Origin: Eubacteriales bacterium | Lineage (GTDB): Bacteria > Bacillota > Clostridia > Oscillospirales > QAKW01 | Reading direction: 5' to 3' | Assembly (NCBI GenBank): GCA_045541455.1 | Contig: JAZQJA010000032.1 | Coordinates: 2,831-66,830 of the forward strand | DNA: 64,000 nucleotides | Shown here: piece after piece, positions 56,386 to 64,000 of the stretch | How positions within the stretch are numbered: the stretch's first letter is position 1 | Layout of the letters: every line of letters starts with the position of its first letter | Notes under the pieces: generated by a model | The model's input: the letters and a program-made list of their open reading frames with translations, nothing else | Databases searched by the model: none | What the model was told of the DNA's origin: nothing | Program-made: the position numbers and the translations under genes

Positions 56386-58053
56386 TTAACCGATATATCT
56401 CATGGCATTAACAGCTGTTCCGTTAATTCTTAATTCAAAGTGAAGGTGCGGTCCGCTTGAATTACCGGTCGAACCAATTCTACCAATCTGCTGACCCTGG
56501 TAAACGGTATCACCTACAGAAACATTAATAGAACTTAAATGTGCGTACCATGTTGCATATCCGTTTGCGTGGCTTATTTTAATAACTTTGCCGTAGCCGC
56601 CTGACCAGCCTGCAAAAATTACAGTACCCGATGCCGATGCGAAAACAGGTTTTCCGTAAGCACCACTCATTGTAAGGTCAGTGCCTTTGTGTCCTGCGTA
56701 ACCGCCATAGCCACACGATACATAACCGCCGTTTATGGGACGTATAAATGTGCCGGTACCGGCGAGAGGCGATGTACTAAGCGGAAGCGCTTTTGTGCCC
56801 ACATAAATCTCTTTAGTAACGGGCTCTCTTGTCACGGTTTCTGAAATAATGTTCTTTTCAACCTGTGAGCCGTCAATATAGGTAACCTCTGCTACAATGT
56901 CTTTTTTGCCGACCCTGCCCGCAGTTTTAACCTTTGTCTGTGTTTTATACATTGAACTGTCTTGAATTTTTACAGTGTCGTAAGCAATATCTTCAGTATA
57001 TGAAATTGTTTTTACAATTTTAATGCCAAGATAAACCTCAGGCTGAGAAATATTGAGCTTTCTGCCTGGAACAAGGCGTCTTTCATCAAGCTCGGGGTTG
57101 AGCGCATAAAGCTGCGCTTTTGAAAGGCCTGTTGCCTTTGCTATATCAGAAAGATAATCATCTTCTTGAATTGTGTAGTACATAGGGTTTGTTGAACTTG
57201 AAAATTTAGCGCGTATATCGTCTTCACTCAAAAAGTAAGACGGTGCAAAGATGCCTTTTTTAATTTCAACATCAGCAACAAATTCAACACTTTCATTTTC
57301 AGCACCCGTCTGGTAGGGGGCTTTTAGTTCGCCCAGAACATTGGTTATTTCTTCTTTGGTCTCAGTTGCTGCAACAAGTTTGCCGTCAACATATAAACCG
57401 TAATGCTGGCCGATTTCTTCACAGACGATTGAATATACATCTTTATAAATATCTTCGTTTTCAAGCTTGGATTTATTTACAATGGCAAATGAATATTCAG
57501 GAGATGACGCCATAACATAATTCTCGCCGATTGATTTTCCAAGGTCAGTTTCCACCTCAGAAACAACGCTTGAAAATGCCGCTTCATCCTCAACATAACC
57601 AATTGTTTCACCGTTGACGGTAACTTTAAGTGCAAGCGCATAAAAATTAGTCGAAAAAATAATTGCAACAACTGCCACAACAGATGCGGCCGATGCCCAG
57701 TACGAAAAATCACGCACAATGCTTTTTGGTACAAGCATTAAAAGCTTTATTATTTTTACTGAGTAATATTTTGTATAATGTATTACAAACTCGCCTGTTT
57801 TATAAGTGAAAATAATTGCGGATTTAATTGTGTTTACAATAAATTTAATTACCGCAATTACTGTGTTTTCAACTGCAAGGCCTACATTATATATGAATTT
57901 AATAACGCTTTCGCCAATATGTGCAATTCCGTGTGCAAGCCCTTTAAACGAAAAGTTTTTTGCAGCGTGTCCCAATTTGAAACAACCGCGCAACACTGCT
58001 TTTATCGGGGCTAGCATTATATTTTTAAGTTTTGCAAAAAAATCTTTTTTCAT
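56386..58053 (-). CDS. M23 family metallopeptidase with LysM and G5 domains
   Basis: LysM (YTIQEDDYLSDIAKATGLSKAQLYALNP), a G5-like segment (KTAGRVGKKDIVAEVTYIDG) and M23 motifs HKGTDL, WYAHLS and GPHLHFE. Start at the ATG 58051-58053 with a GGAG RBS. Confidence 0.85.
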   Translation of the reverse strand: MKKDFFAKLKNIMLAPIKAVLRGCFKLGHAAKNFSFKGLAHGIAHIGESVIKFIYNVGLAVENTVIAVIKFIVNTIKSAIIFTYKTGEFVIHYTKYYSVKIIKLLMLVPKSIVRDFSYWASAASVVAVVAIIFSTNFYALALKVTVNGETIGYVEDEAAFSSVVSEVETDLGKSIGENYVMASSPEYSFAIVNKSKLENEDIYKDVYSIVCEEIGQHYGLYVDGKLVAATETKEEITNVLGELKAPYQTGAENESVEFVADVEIKKGIFAPSYFLSEDDIRAKFSSSTNPMYYTIQEDDYLSDIAKATGLSKAQLYALNPELDERRLVPGRKLNISQPEVYLGIKIVKTISYTEDIAYDTVKIQDSSMYKTQTKVKTAGRVGKKDIVAEVTYIDGSQVEKNIISETVTREPVTKEIYVGTKALPLSTSPLAGTGTFIRPINGGYVSCGYGGYAGHKGTDLTMSGAYGKPVFASASGTVIFAGWSGGYGKVIKISHANGYATWYAHLSSINVSVGDTVYQGQQIGRIGSTGNSSGPHLHFELRINGTAVNAMRYIG

Positions 58054-58232
58054 CAAAACACTCCGTAACAAAATTATATCAAAAAATTACAATTTAGTAA
58101 CAACTATTGATATGATACAATACTTTTGTAAGAAAATCAAGCCTTTTTTGTAATTTTTAAAAACTAATTTCTAAATACCGCGTTATAATACTAATATATA
58201 CATAGAATAGGTAAATATTACAAATCGGTAAC

Positions 58233-58268
58233 AAAAAAGCACTTAGGTTTATACCCTAAGTGCTTTTT
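58233..58268 (-). terminator. Rho-independent terminator
   Basis: gcacttagg / cctaagtgc stem flanked by A6/T5, immediately after the stop at 58270. Confidence 0.75.
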
Positions 58269-58269
58269 A

Positions 58270-59385
58270 TTATTCTTCGTCTTCAATATTAAGTTGGTCT
58301 TTAATCTCGTCAATTGAGGGATATTGCGATTGTGACTCAGACTCTGTATCAAGAGTTTTGATATTAACAACAGACAGTTTTTCAAGCAGAGAATCGTTGT
58401 ATTTAACACCTATGCGCTCTTTTAAATCGTCAAGCAGGTCTGCCGATTCTTCACTCATCATATTTTCAATAAGTGTTACTAAAGTGTCTTTGTCAATTTC
58501 ACCATCGGTAAACGAGTATCTTTGCATAATATGAAAGCCGAGGTTTGTTTGGACAAGTCTGATTTCGCCGATTTCCATATCAAATGCTGCATTATGAAAC
58601 ATACGGGTGTACGATGTGTCATCTTTTGAAAAGATATACCCGTCGGGGCTTGTTGTCATACCGGGGTCTTCGCCGTACTCGTCAATAAGTTTATCAAAGT
58701 CCTCGCCGTTTAGCGCCTTTTTATAAATATTATCAGCTTTATCGGCTATTTTTTGCTGTTCAGGTTTTGAAAGGTCATTGTCTGCGTCATCTTTAGTTGA
58801 CAAGAAAATATGTTTAACTTTTGTATAATACTCATCGTAATACAACTTTAAATCTTGTTGTGACACAGGGTTTTCCTTGCTGTCAGGACCAAAATAGTGC
58901 ATAATTACAGCCGTCTTTTTTGCTTCGTTATAATATTGCTCTTTAAGATCATCGTATGTATATCCCTGCAAAGCAAGACTTTGTTCAAGCTTTTCTTTAC
59001 TGCCTGCCTGAGAAACATATTCATTCATTGTGTTTTCAATTTTATCTGTTACATCTTTATCAAGTTGTAACCCTAATTCGTCAAAATGTATTGAGTAAAG
59101 AGTGTAAGAAATAATATAACTTTGAACCATCGAGTCAAGATATTGTTGTACTGTCGCCGAATACGACTCGTCAATAAACTGTGTCCATATCTCATCAGTT
59201 TCCTCAAGGTCGTTACTTGTGAAAAATTGTGATTTTATACTTACAGCCGTTGCCTCATACTTTTCGGCACTGATTTTTTTGTCACCTATTGTAAGGGCAT
59301 ATTTATTAGAAGAACAGGCAGAAGCACCGGTGAGTATAATCACCGCGGCGCACAGTGCACTTAAAACTTTTATGAATCTATTCAT
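58270..59385 (-). CDS. PrsA/SurA-like peptidylprolyl isomerase lipoprotein
   Basis: Lipobox-like LTGASAC. PPIC-type parvulin segment (KVKHIFL...GEIRLVQTNLGFHIMQR). Confidence 0.7.
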   Translation of the reverse strand: MNRFIKVLSALCAAVIILTGASACSSNKYALTIGDKKISAEKYEATAVSIKSQFFTSNDLEETDEIWTQFIDESYSATVQQYLDSMVQSYIISYTLYSIHFDELGLQLDKDVTDKIENTMNEYVSQAGSKEKLEQSLALQGYTYDDLKEQYYNEAKKTAVIMHYFGPDSKENPVSQQDLKLYYDEYYTKVKHIFLSTKDDADNDLSKPEQQKIADKADNIYKKALNGEDFDKLIDEYGEDPGMTTSPDGYIFSKDDTSYTRMFHNAAFDMEIGEIRLVQTNLGFHIMQRYSFTDGEIDKDTLVTLIENMMSEESADLLDDLKERIGVKYNDSLLEKLSVVNIKTLDTESESQSQYPSIDEIKDQLNIEDEE

Positions 59386-59561
59386 ATTTATATTTCCTCC
59401 GCATTTTAAACTTGGATATTAAATTGTATATAATATAATCATTTATGATTTAGCATTTATGATTATTATATCGTTATACGTGCAGTTTGTCTATAACCAA
59501 AATGTTAAAAATGTATAAAAAACGATTTACCTTGTAAGAGTTTTATGTTATATTTATTAAT

Positions 59562-60884
59562 ATGAAAAAGAATGATGAATTACAAGTGTATATAGAAGGC
59601 TACAGTTCTGAGGGGTATGGCGTTGCAAAACCCGACGGTTTTGTGCTGTTTATTCCAAACACCATAAAAGGTGAAACAGTTATAGCGCATGTTACAAAGG
59701 TAAACAAGCATTTTGGTTACGCTTTTGTAAAAGAGGTTGTTACCCCATCCCCTTGCCGTAAAACTCCCGATTGTCTTGCTTTTAAAAAATGCGGCGGCTG
59801 TGCGCTGTGGCATATCGACTACAGCGAGGAGATGGAGTTTAAACGGCAAAAGGTTATGCAAAACCTAAAAAAAGCGGGTATTGATTTTAATGTGCCCGAT
59901 ATTTTGTCGCCGTCGGCTAAAACAGGTTACCGCAATAAAGCGCAGTATCCCGTGCGCGAACAAAACGGGCAGGTGTGTGTCGGCTTTTACCGTGCTAATT
60001 CACATACCGTAATACAAAGCCAATGCCTTATCCAACCCTCCGTTTTTGATGAAATAGCAAACGCTGTAAAACGCTTTATGATTCAAAAAAATATATCTGC
60101 ATATAACGAGCAAACGCTGTCAGGTACCGTTAGGCATATCTATCTTCGTCGTGGCGACGGCATTATGCTCTGCCTTGTCGTGAATGGTGAAATGCCTTAT
60201 AAAACCGAATTTGCGCAAACACTTTCGGTACAATTTAAAGAAATTAATACTATATGTATAAATTATAACAGTAAAAATACAAATGTAATTTTGGGTGATA
60301 AATACGAAAATCTGTTAGGTGACGGTTGTATTACAGACACATTGCTTGGCAAACGGTTTAAAATTTCGCCGTCGGCATTTTATCAGGTAAACCACGATGG
60401 GTGCGAGTGCCTTTATTCTGTTGTCAAACAATTTGCAGCAGTTAAAAAAGACGAGCGGGTGCTTGATTTGTATTGTGGCATTGGTACGATAGGTCTTTGC
60501 GTGGCGGACAACGCGCGTGAACTGGTCGGCGTGGAGATAGTAGAGGCTGCGGTGGCGGATGCCAAAGCAAACGCAAAGGCAAACGGCATTCAAAATGCAC
60601 ATTTTTATGCCGATGATGCAGGCAATATTGCAAAAGTTGCAACGGGCAACTTTGATGTTATTATAGTCGACCCGCCCAGAAAAGGCTGTGACAAAAAAAC
60701 ACTTGACTTTATAATTGACAAAAAGCCTGCGCGCCTTGTTTATGTTTCGTGCGACAGCGCGACACTTGCGCGGGATTTAAAAATACTGACAGAGGGCGGT
60801 TTTAAACTTATGGAAGTCCAGCCCGTTGATATGTTTCCAAAAACAAGCCATATTGAAACGGTAGTCTTGCTTTGTAAAATATGA
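59562..60884 (+). CDS. 23S rRNA (uracil-5-)-methyltransferase, RumA/RlmD family
   Basis: N-terminal TRAM domain. Fe-S cysteines (C..C..CGGC), SAM motif LDLYCGIGTIGL, DPPRKG, and the catalytic C in YVSCDS. Confidence 0.85.
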   Translation: MKKNDELQVYIEGYSSEGYGVAKPDGFVLFIPNTIKGETVIAHVTKVNKHFGYAFVKEVVTPSPCRKTPDCLAFKKCGGCALWHIDYSEEMEFKRQKVMQNLKKAGIDFNVPDILSPSAKTGYRNKAQYPVREQNGQVCVGFYRANSHTVIQSQCLIQPSVFDEIANAVKRFMIQKNISAYNEQTLSGTVRHIYLRRGDGIMLCLVVNGEMPYKTEFAQTLSVQFKEINTICINYNSKNTNVILGDKYENLLGDGCITDTLLGKRFKISPSAFYQVNHDGCECLYSVVKQFAAVKKDERVLDLYCGIGTIGLCVADNARELVGVEIVEAAVADAKANAKANGIQNAHFYADDAGNIAKVATGNFDVIIVDPPRKGCDKKTLDFIIDKKPARLVYVSCDSATLARDLKILTEGGFKLMEVQPVDMFPKTSHIETVVLLCKI

Positions 60885-61627
60885 TAAAGTCTATAAAAAC
60901 CAATTTAATAACCAAAATGCCGGTTTTCTTTTATGAAACAACCGATTCTACCAACCTGCGCGCAAGGGAGTATCTTAAAACGGGCAAAAAAACGCCCGCA
61001 CTGTTTATTGCAAATAGCCAAAGTGCAGGCAGGGGCAGACTTGGTAAAAGTTTTTACTCACCAAAGGACACGGGCATTTATATGACCTATGCCTTTTCGC
61101 CTGAGATTGCGCTTGACAGCGCGGTGTCGGTAACTACTGTGGCGTCTGTTGCGGTAATGCGCGCAATTGAGCGTGTGTGTGGTAAAAAAACTATGATAAA
61201 ATGGGTAAACGACCTTTATCTTGACGGCAAAAAAGTATGCGGTATTCTTGCCGAAGCAGTAACAGACGGTGCCGTTTTAAAGCACATTATTATCGGTGTC
61301 GGTATTAACCTTACAACCGCTGTTTTTCCTGACGATATAAAAGATACGGCGGGCAGTATAGGAAGTAACGATAAAGCACGGCTTATAGGTGAAATTGCAA
61401 ATGAGTTTGCAATTTCAGATTTTTTTAATTTTGACAGATATATTGACGAGTATAAATCTCGGTCAATGGTTTTGCTAAAAGAGATAACATATATTGAAAA
61501 CGGTAAGTGTATTGACGCCGTGGCTGTAGATATAGACTCTGCTGGCGGACTTGTCGTGCGCCATTGTGATGGCAGTTTAAAAACACTGCGTTCGGGTGAA
61601 ATAAGCATAAAAATGAGGCAAACCTAA
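60881..61627 (+). CDS. birA: Biotin--[acetyl-CoA-carboxylase] ligase (no N-terminal HTH)
   Basis: GRGRLGKSFYSP and KWVNDLYLDGKKVCGIL motifs. ATGA overlap with the upstream gene. Confidence 0.85.
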   Translation: MIKSIKTNLITKMPVFFYETTDSTNLRAREYLKTGKKTPALFIANSQSAGRGRLGKSFYSPKDTGIYMTYAFSPEIALDSAVSVTTVASVAVMRAIERVCGKKTMIKWVNDLYLDGKKVCGILAEAVTDGAVLKHIIIGVGINLTTAVFPDDIKDTAGSIGSNDKARLIGEIANEFAISDFFNFDRYIDEYKSRSMVLLKEITYIENGKCIDAVAVDIDSAGGLVVRHCDGSLKTLRSGEISIKMRQT

Positions 61628-61655
61628 GTTTGCCTCATTTTTTATATTGTGATTT

Positions 61656-63314
61656 TTAATCGAGCATATCTAAAACAGTGTCGTGGAGTTTAACATAAAA
61701 CTCTGCATTTCTCGGATAACTGTCAAATGTAAGTTCTCCGCCAGCCAAATCCAAAACAAGCTGTTTTACTTTTTCTTTACCTATTTTCTTTTCGAGTTCT
61801 AACAACAAAAGTCTGTCCTGAAGTCCCTCATAGAACACAACAGCACGTAAAGATTCAATAGCACCGTTGTTGTAGGGGTAAACAGAAAACGGGTCGCCTG
61901 AAGGCCAAGCCTGTAAACCGTCTGTTGTAGCAAACGGATTTATAAGACATTCGCTTCCTGCTGAGTAGTAGAAGTTGTAACCCCACTGTAAGAAACCGTC
62001 CATATCATACATATATAACTGAACGCCGCTTACACGGTTGCGGTATGACGGCATTGCAAAGAAACGGTTAGCAACATCTTGACCTTGTGAACAGCAGTAG
62101 TAGCACCAACGCTCTTTAAATGTTCTTTCAAGGAAAGGACCGATATGGTTTGTTGCAGGTACAGGATATTCAACAAGTCCGTTGTCATAGTATGCAACAT
62201 TTGAAAGAGCATCCATAATCTTAACATTTGTAATATATTTAGAAACAATGCTCTTAGCTCGCGAATAGTTGTTATAGTCATTTTCACGCTTGTCAGACGG
62301 CTCGTCTGAAATGTGGAAATAGCAGTTTTCTGCAATACCGAGTTTTTGAATATGCTCGTTTATTGCGGGTAAGAACTGTGAAAGGAAGTTTTCGTAAAGC
62401 GGGTCGTTTGAAGCAACATGCCAGCCAAACAATTTTACATCCTTGCCGTTTTCTTTAACAACAATTTTCGGGCAAGCGTTTGCGCCCCACTGTGTAAACA
62501 GATGGCTCATTTCAAAATACTTAATTCCGTATTTGTGGCAGATGTTAACCCATCTGTCAAGCAAATCAAAGTTGAAACTGTATTTATCACCGTTCTTTTC
62601 AATCTTTACAAGCTGCATTGTCGGGCGCTCAGCACCGATTTTTGTGTCAAGTGCAGGCGTGAAAAGAGGTGTGAGCAGCATGGTAATACCTATGTGTGCT
62701 GCAGTTTTGATAAAGTTTTCAATGAGTTTCCAGTGCTTTTCACTCATCATTTTAACGCCAAAATGGTCAGCAATACAGTCACAGTGGAACCATTGTGACA
62801 TTTTAAGATCGCTTTTGCCGATAACAGCGTTTTTAACTTCAATTACAACCTTAACTTTTGTTGAAACTTCGTCAGCGTTGTCTGTAATAGTAATATTGAT
62901 GGGGTAACTGCCAACTTCCAAATCCTGCGGAAGTTCAAGAGTGTACCAGATAGATGTGCAGTTATATCTGTCGGCTTTTATAAGATTTTTGTCTTTAACG
63001 GGGAATAAAACATCAGGATAAAAGCCGGGCTCTTTCGATATGTAATCATCGTCACTTCTTTCAAGATAAGCGGGAAGTTCAGACGGAACGTGAGCCACGC
63101 GGTACATAGAAATGTACTTAGAAAGTTTTGAACGGTTTGCAATTTTAAGAGAAACACCGTTTTGACGTACAGGATCAATGGGTTTAAATACCATTAACTG
63201 AAATGAAACACGCTCGCCCCTTGCGGCTTTGAGTGTTTTGATTTCTGCTTTGCTTTCAAAGGTATCTCTTATAAGTATCTTTTCAAGCGATGAAACAGCC
63301 TTCGCTAAAACCAT
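61656..63314 (-). CDS. DUF4091-type (GH123-like) glycoside hydrolase candidate
   Basis: 552 aa. The N-terminal beta-rich region followed by a TIM-barrel-like region with WFHCDC..HFG resembles DUF4091 proteins. Called from memory only. Confidence 0.5.
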   Translation of the reverse strand: MVLAKAVSSLEKILIRDTFESKAEIKTLKAARGERVSFQLMVFKPIDPVRQNGVSLKIANRSKLSKYISMYRVAHVPSELPAYLERSDDDYISKEPGFYPDVLFPVKDKNLIKADRYNCTSIWYTLELPQDLEVGSYPINITITDNADEVSTKVKVVIEVKNAVIGKSDLKMSQWFHCDCIADHFGVKMMSEKHWKLIENFIKTAAHIGITMLLTPLFTPALDTKIGAERPTMQLVKIEKNGDKYSFNFDLLDRWVNICHKYGIKYFEMSHLFTQWGANACPKIVVKENGKDVKLFGWHVASNDPLYENFLSQFLPAINEHIQKLGIAENCYFHISDEPSDKRENDYNNYSRAKSIVSKYITNVKIMDALSNVAYYDNGLVEYPVPATNHIGPFLERTFKERWCYYCCSQGQDVANRFFAMPSYRNRVSGVQLYMYDMDGFLQWGYNFYYSAGSECLINPFATTDGLQAWPSGDPFSVYPYNNGAIESLRAVVFYEGLQDRLLLLELEKKIGKEKVKQLVLDLAGGELTFDSYPRNAEFYVKLHDTVLDMLD

Positions 63315-63417
63315 GGTTTTGCACCTTCCTTTTAGTAGTTTAGTTCAATATATAATAAACAAAATTTAAAATCAACTATTTAACCTTTTTTATAACAAAA
63401 AAGCCCGAAATTATAAA

Positions 63418-64000
63418 TTACTTGGTTCCGAAAATTCTGTCGCCTGCATCACCAAGACCGGGAACGATATAACCGTTCTCGTTAAGTTTTTCGTCAACAC
63501 AAGCACAGTAAATCTGTATATCGGGGTGTGCTGTCGAGAGTGCTTTGATACCTTCGGGAGCAGCGATAATACACATAAATTTAATGTTTTCACCGCCATA
63601 TTCTTTAATGCGTGTAATGGCATCAATCGCAGAACCGCCAGTTGCAAGCATGGGGTCTGTAACAATTATAAGACGTTTGTCAATGTTGCTTGGCAATTTA
63701 CAGTAATATTCGTGAGGTATAAGCGTTTTTTCGTCACGGTACATGCCAATGTGTCCAACCCTTGCAGACGGAACGAGTTTTAAAATACCGCCAACCATGC
63801 CAAGTCCTGCACGTAAAATCGGAACAACTGCAAGTTTTACACCTTTTATCATGTGTGCAGTTGTTGTAGTTATAGGAGTTGTAACTTCAACATCCTCAAG
63901 CGGTAAATCGCGCATTGATTCAAAACACATAAGCATTGTGATTTCTTCAATAAGTTCACGGAATTGTTTTGAAGGTGTGTCTACAGAGCGCAGTATTGAA
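63418..64000 (-). CDS. upp: Uracil phosphoribosyltransferase (5' end outside the window)
   Basis: The PRPP motif [11 protein letters not shown] and GLGDAGDR are present. The frame stays open upstream of the track start to the window edge (..[24 protein letters not shown]..). Confidence 0.9.
   Translation of the reverse strand, partial: SILRSVDTPSKQFRELIEEITMLMCFESMRDLPLEDVEVTTPITTTTAHMIKGVKLAVVPILRAGLGMVGGILKLVPSARVGHIGMYRDEKTLIPHEYYCKLPSNIDKRLIIVTDPMLATGGSAIDAITRIKEYGGENIKFMCIIAAPEGIKALSTAHPDIQIYCACVDEKLNENGYIVPGLGDAGDRIFGTK

Noticed and set aside
1-64000. CRISPR arrays, tRNA/rRNA genes, transposases, integrases and prophage genes
   Set aside because: No intergenic region exceeds about 310 bp. 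None shows spaced direct repeats of CRISPR type or a cloverleaf-compatible sequence. No ORF has recombinase, transposase or phage structural motifs. A tRNAscan/Infernal run would be needed to exclude small ncRNAs formally.

Overview
This is a densely coding 64-kb chromosomal segment from a low-GC Gram-positive bacterium. It looks Clostridia-like, an inference from SLH-domain, RNase Y, NiaR, PrsA and FtsK/SpoIIIE genes plus AGGAGG-type RBSs. I support about 60 protein-coding genes. I found no rRNA, tRNA, CRISPR array, transposase or integrase. Housekeeping content includes nadA-nadB-nadC-niaR, ferritin-trxA-trxB, a membrane protein-lepA-hemW-TSCPD-U32 chain, prfB (no frameshift), ftsK, rny, trkA/trkH, a TRAM-domain RNA methyltransferase, birA and upp. 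Carbohydrate-related genes are a GH20-like hydrolase, an esterase with an AraC regulator, a GH39-like hydrolase with an MFS transporter, and a DUF4091 protein. Exporters are a MATE pump, a fused MacB-type ABC protein and a MarR-controlled heterodimeric ABC pair. Envelope proteins are an SLH protein, HtrA, an M23/LysM/G5 peptidase, PrsA and a DUF3048 lipoprotein. The most unusual items are as follows. (1) A two-gene accessory patch (4.1-6.8 kb) encodes a Sec-signal-bearing protein whose mature N-terminus is a near-eukaryotic ubiquitin lacking the GG tail. It lies convergent with a 603-aa orphan protein that has two C-terminal TM helices. (2) An AT-rich two-gene cassette (divergent SLOG/YpsA-like protein plus XRE regulator) is flanked by about 45-bp direct copies of one terminator hairpin. 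(3) A second SLOG/YpsA-like gene sits inside a tightly coupled ftsK-response regulator-kinase operon. (4) One gene fuses an XRE HTH to a GpsA-like dehydrogenase. (5) A translationally coupled operon runs ABC - Cys-rich protein - J-domain protein - Zn-ribbon membrane protein. (6) Several dispersed families of near-identical hairpins and a 28-nt box recur in intergenic regions. All functional calls come from motif recognition by eye; no database search was possible.
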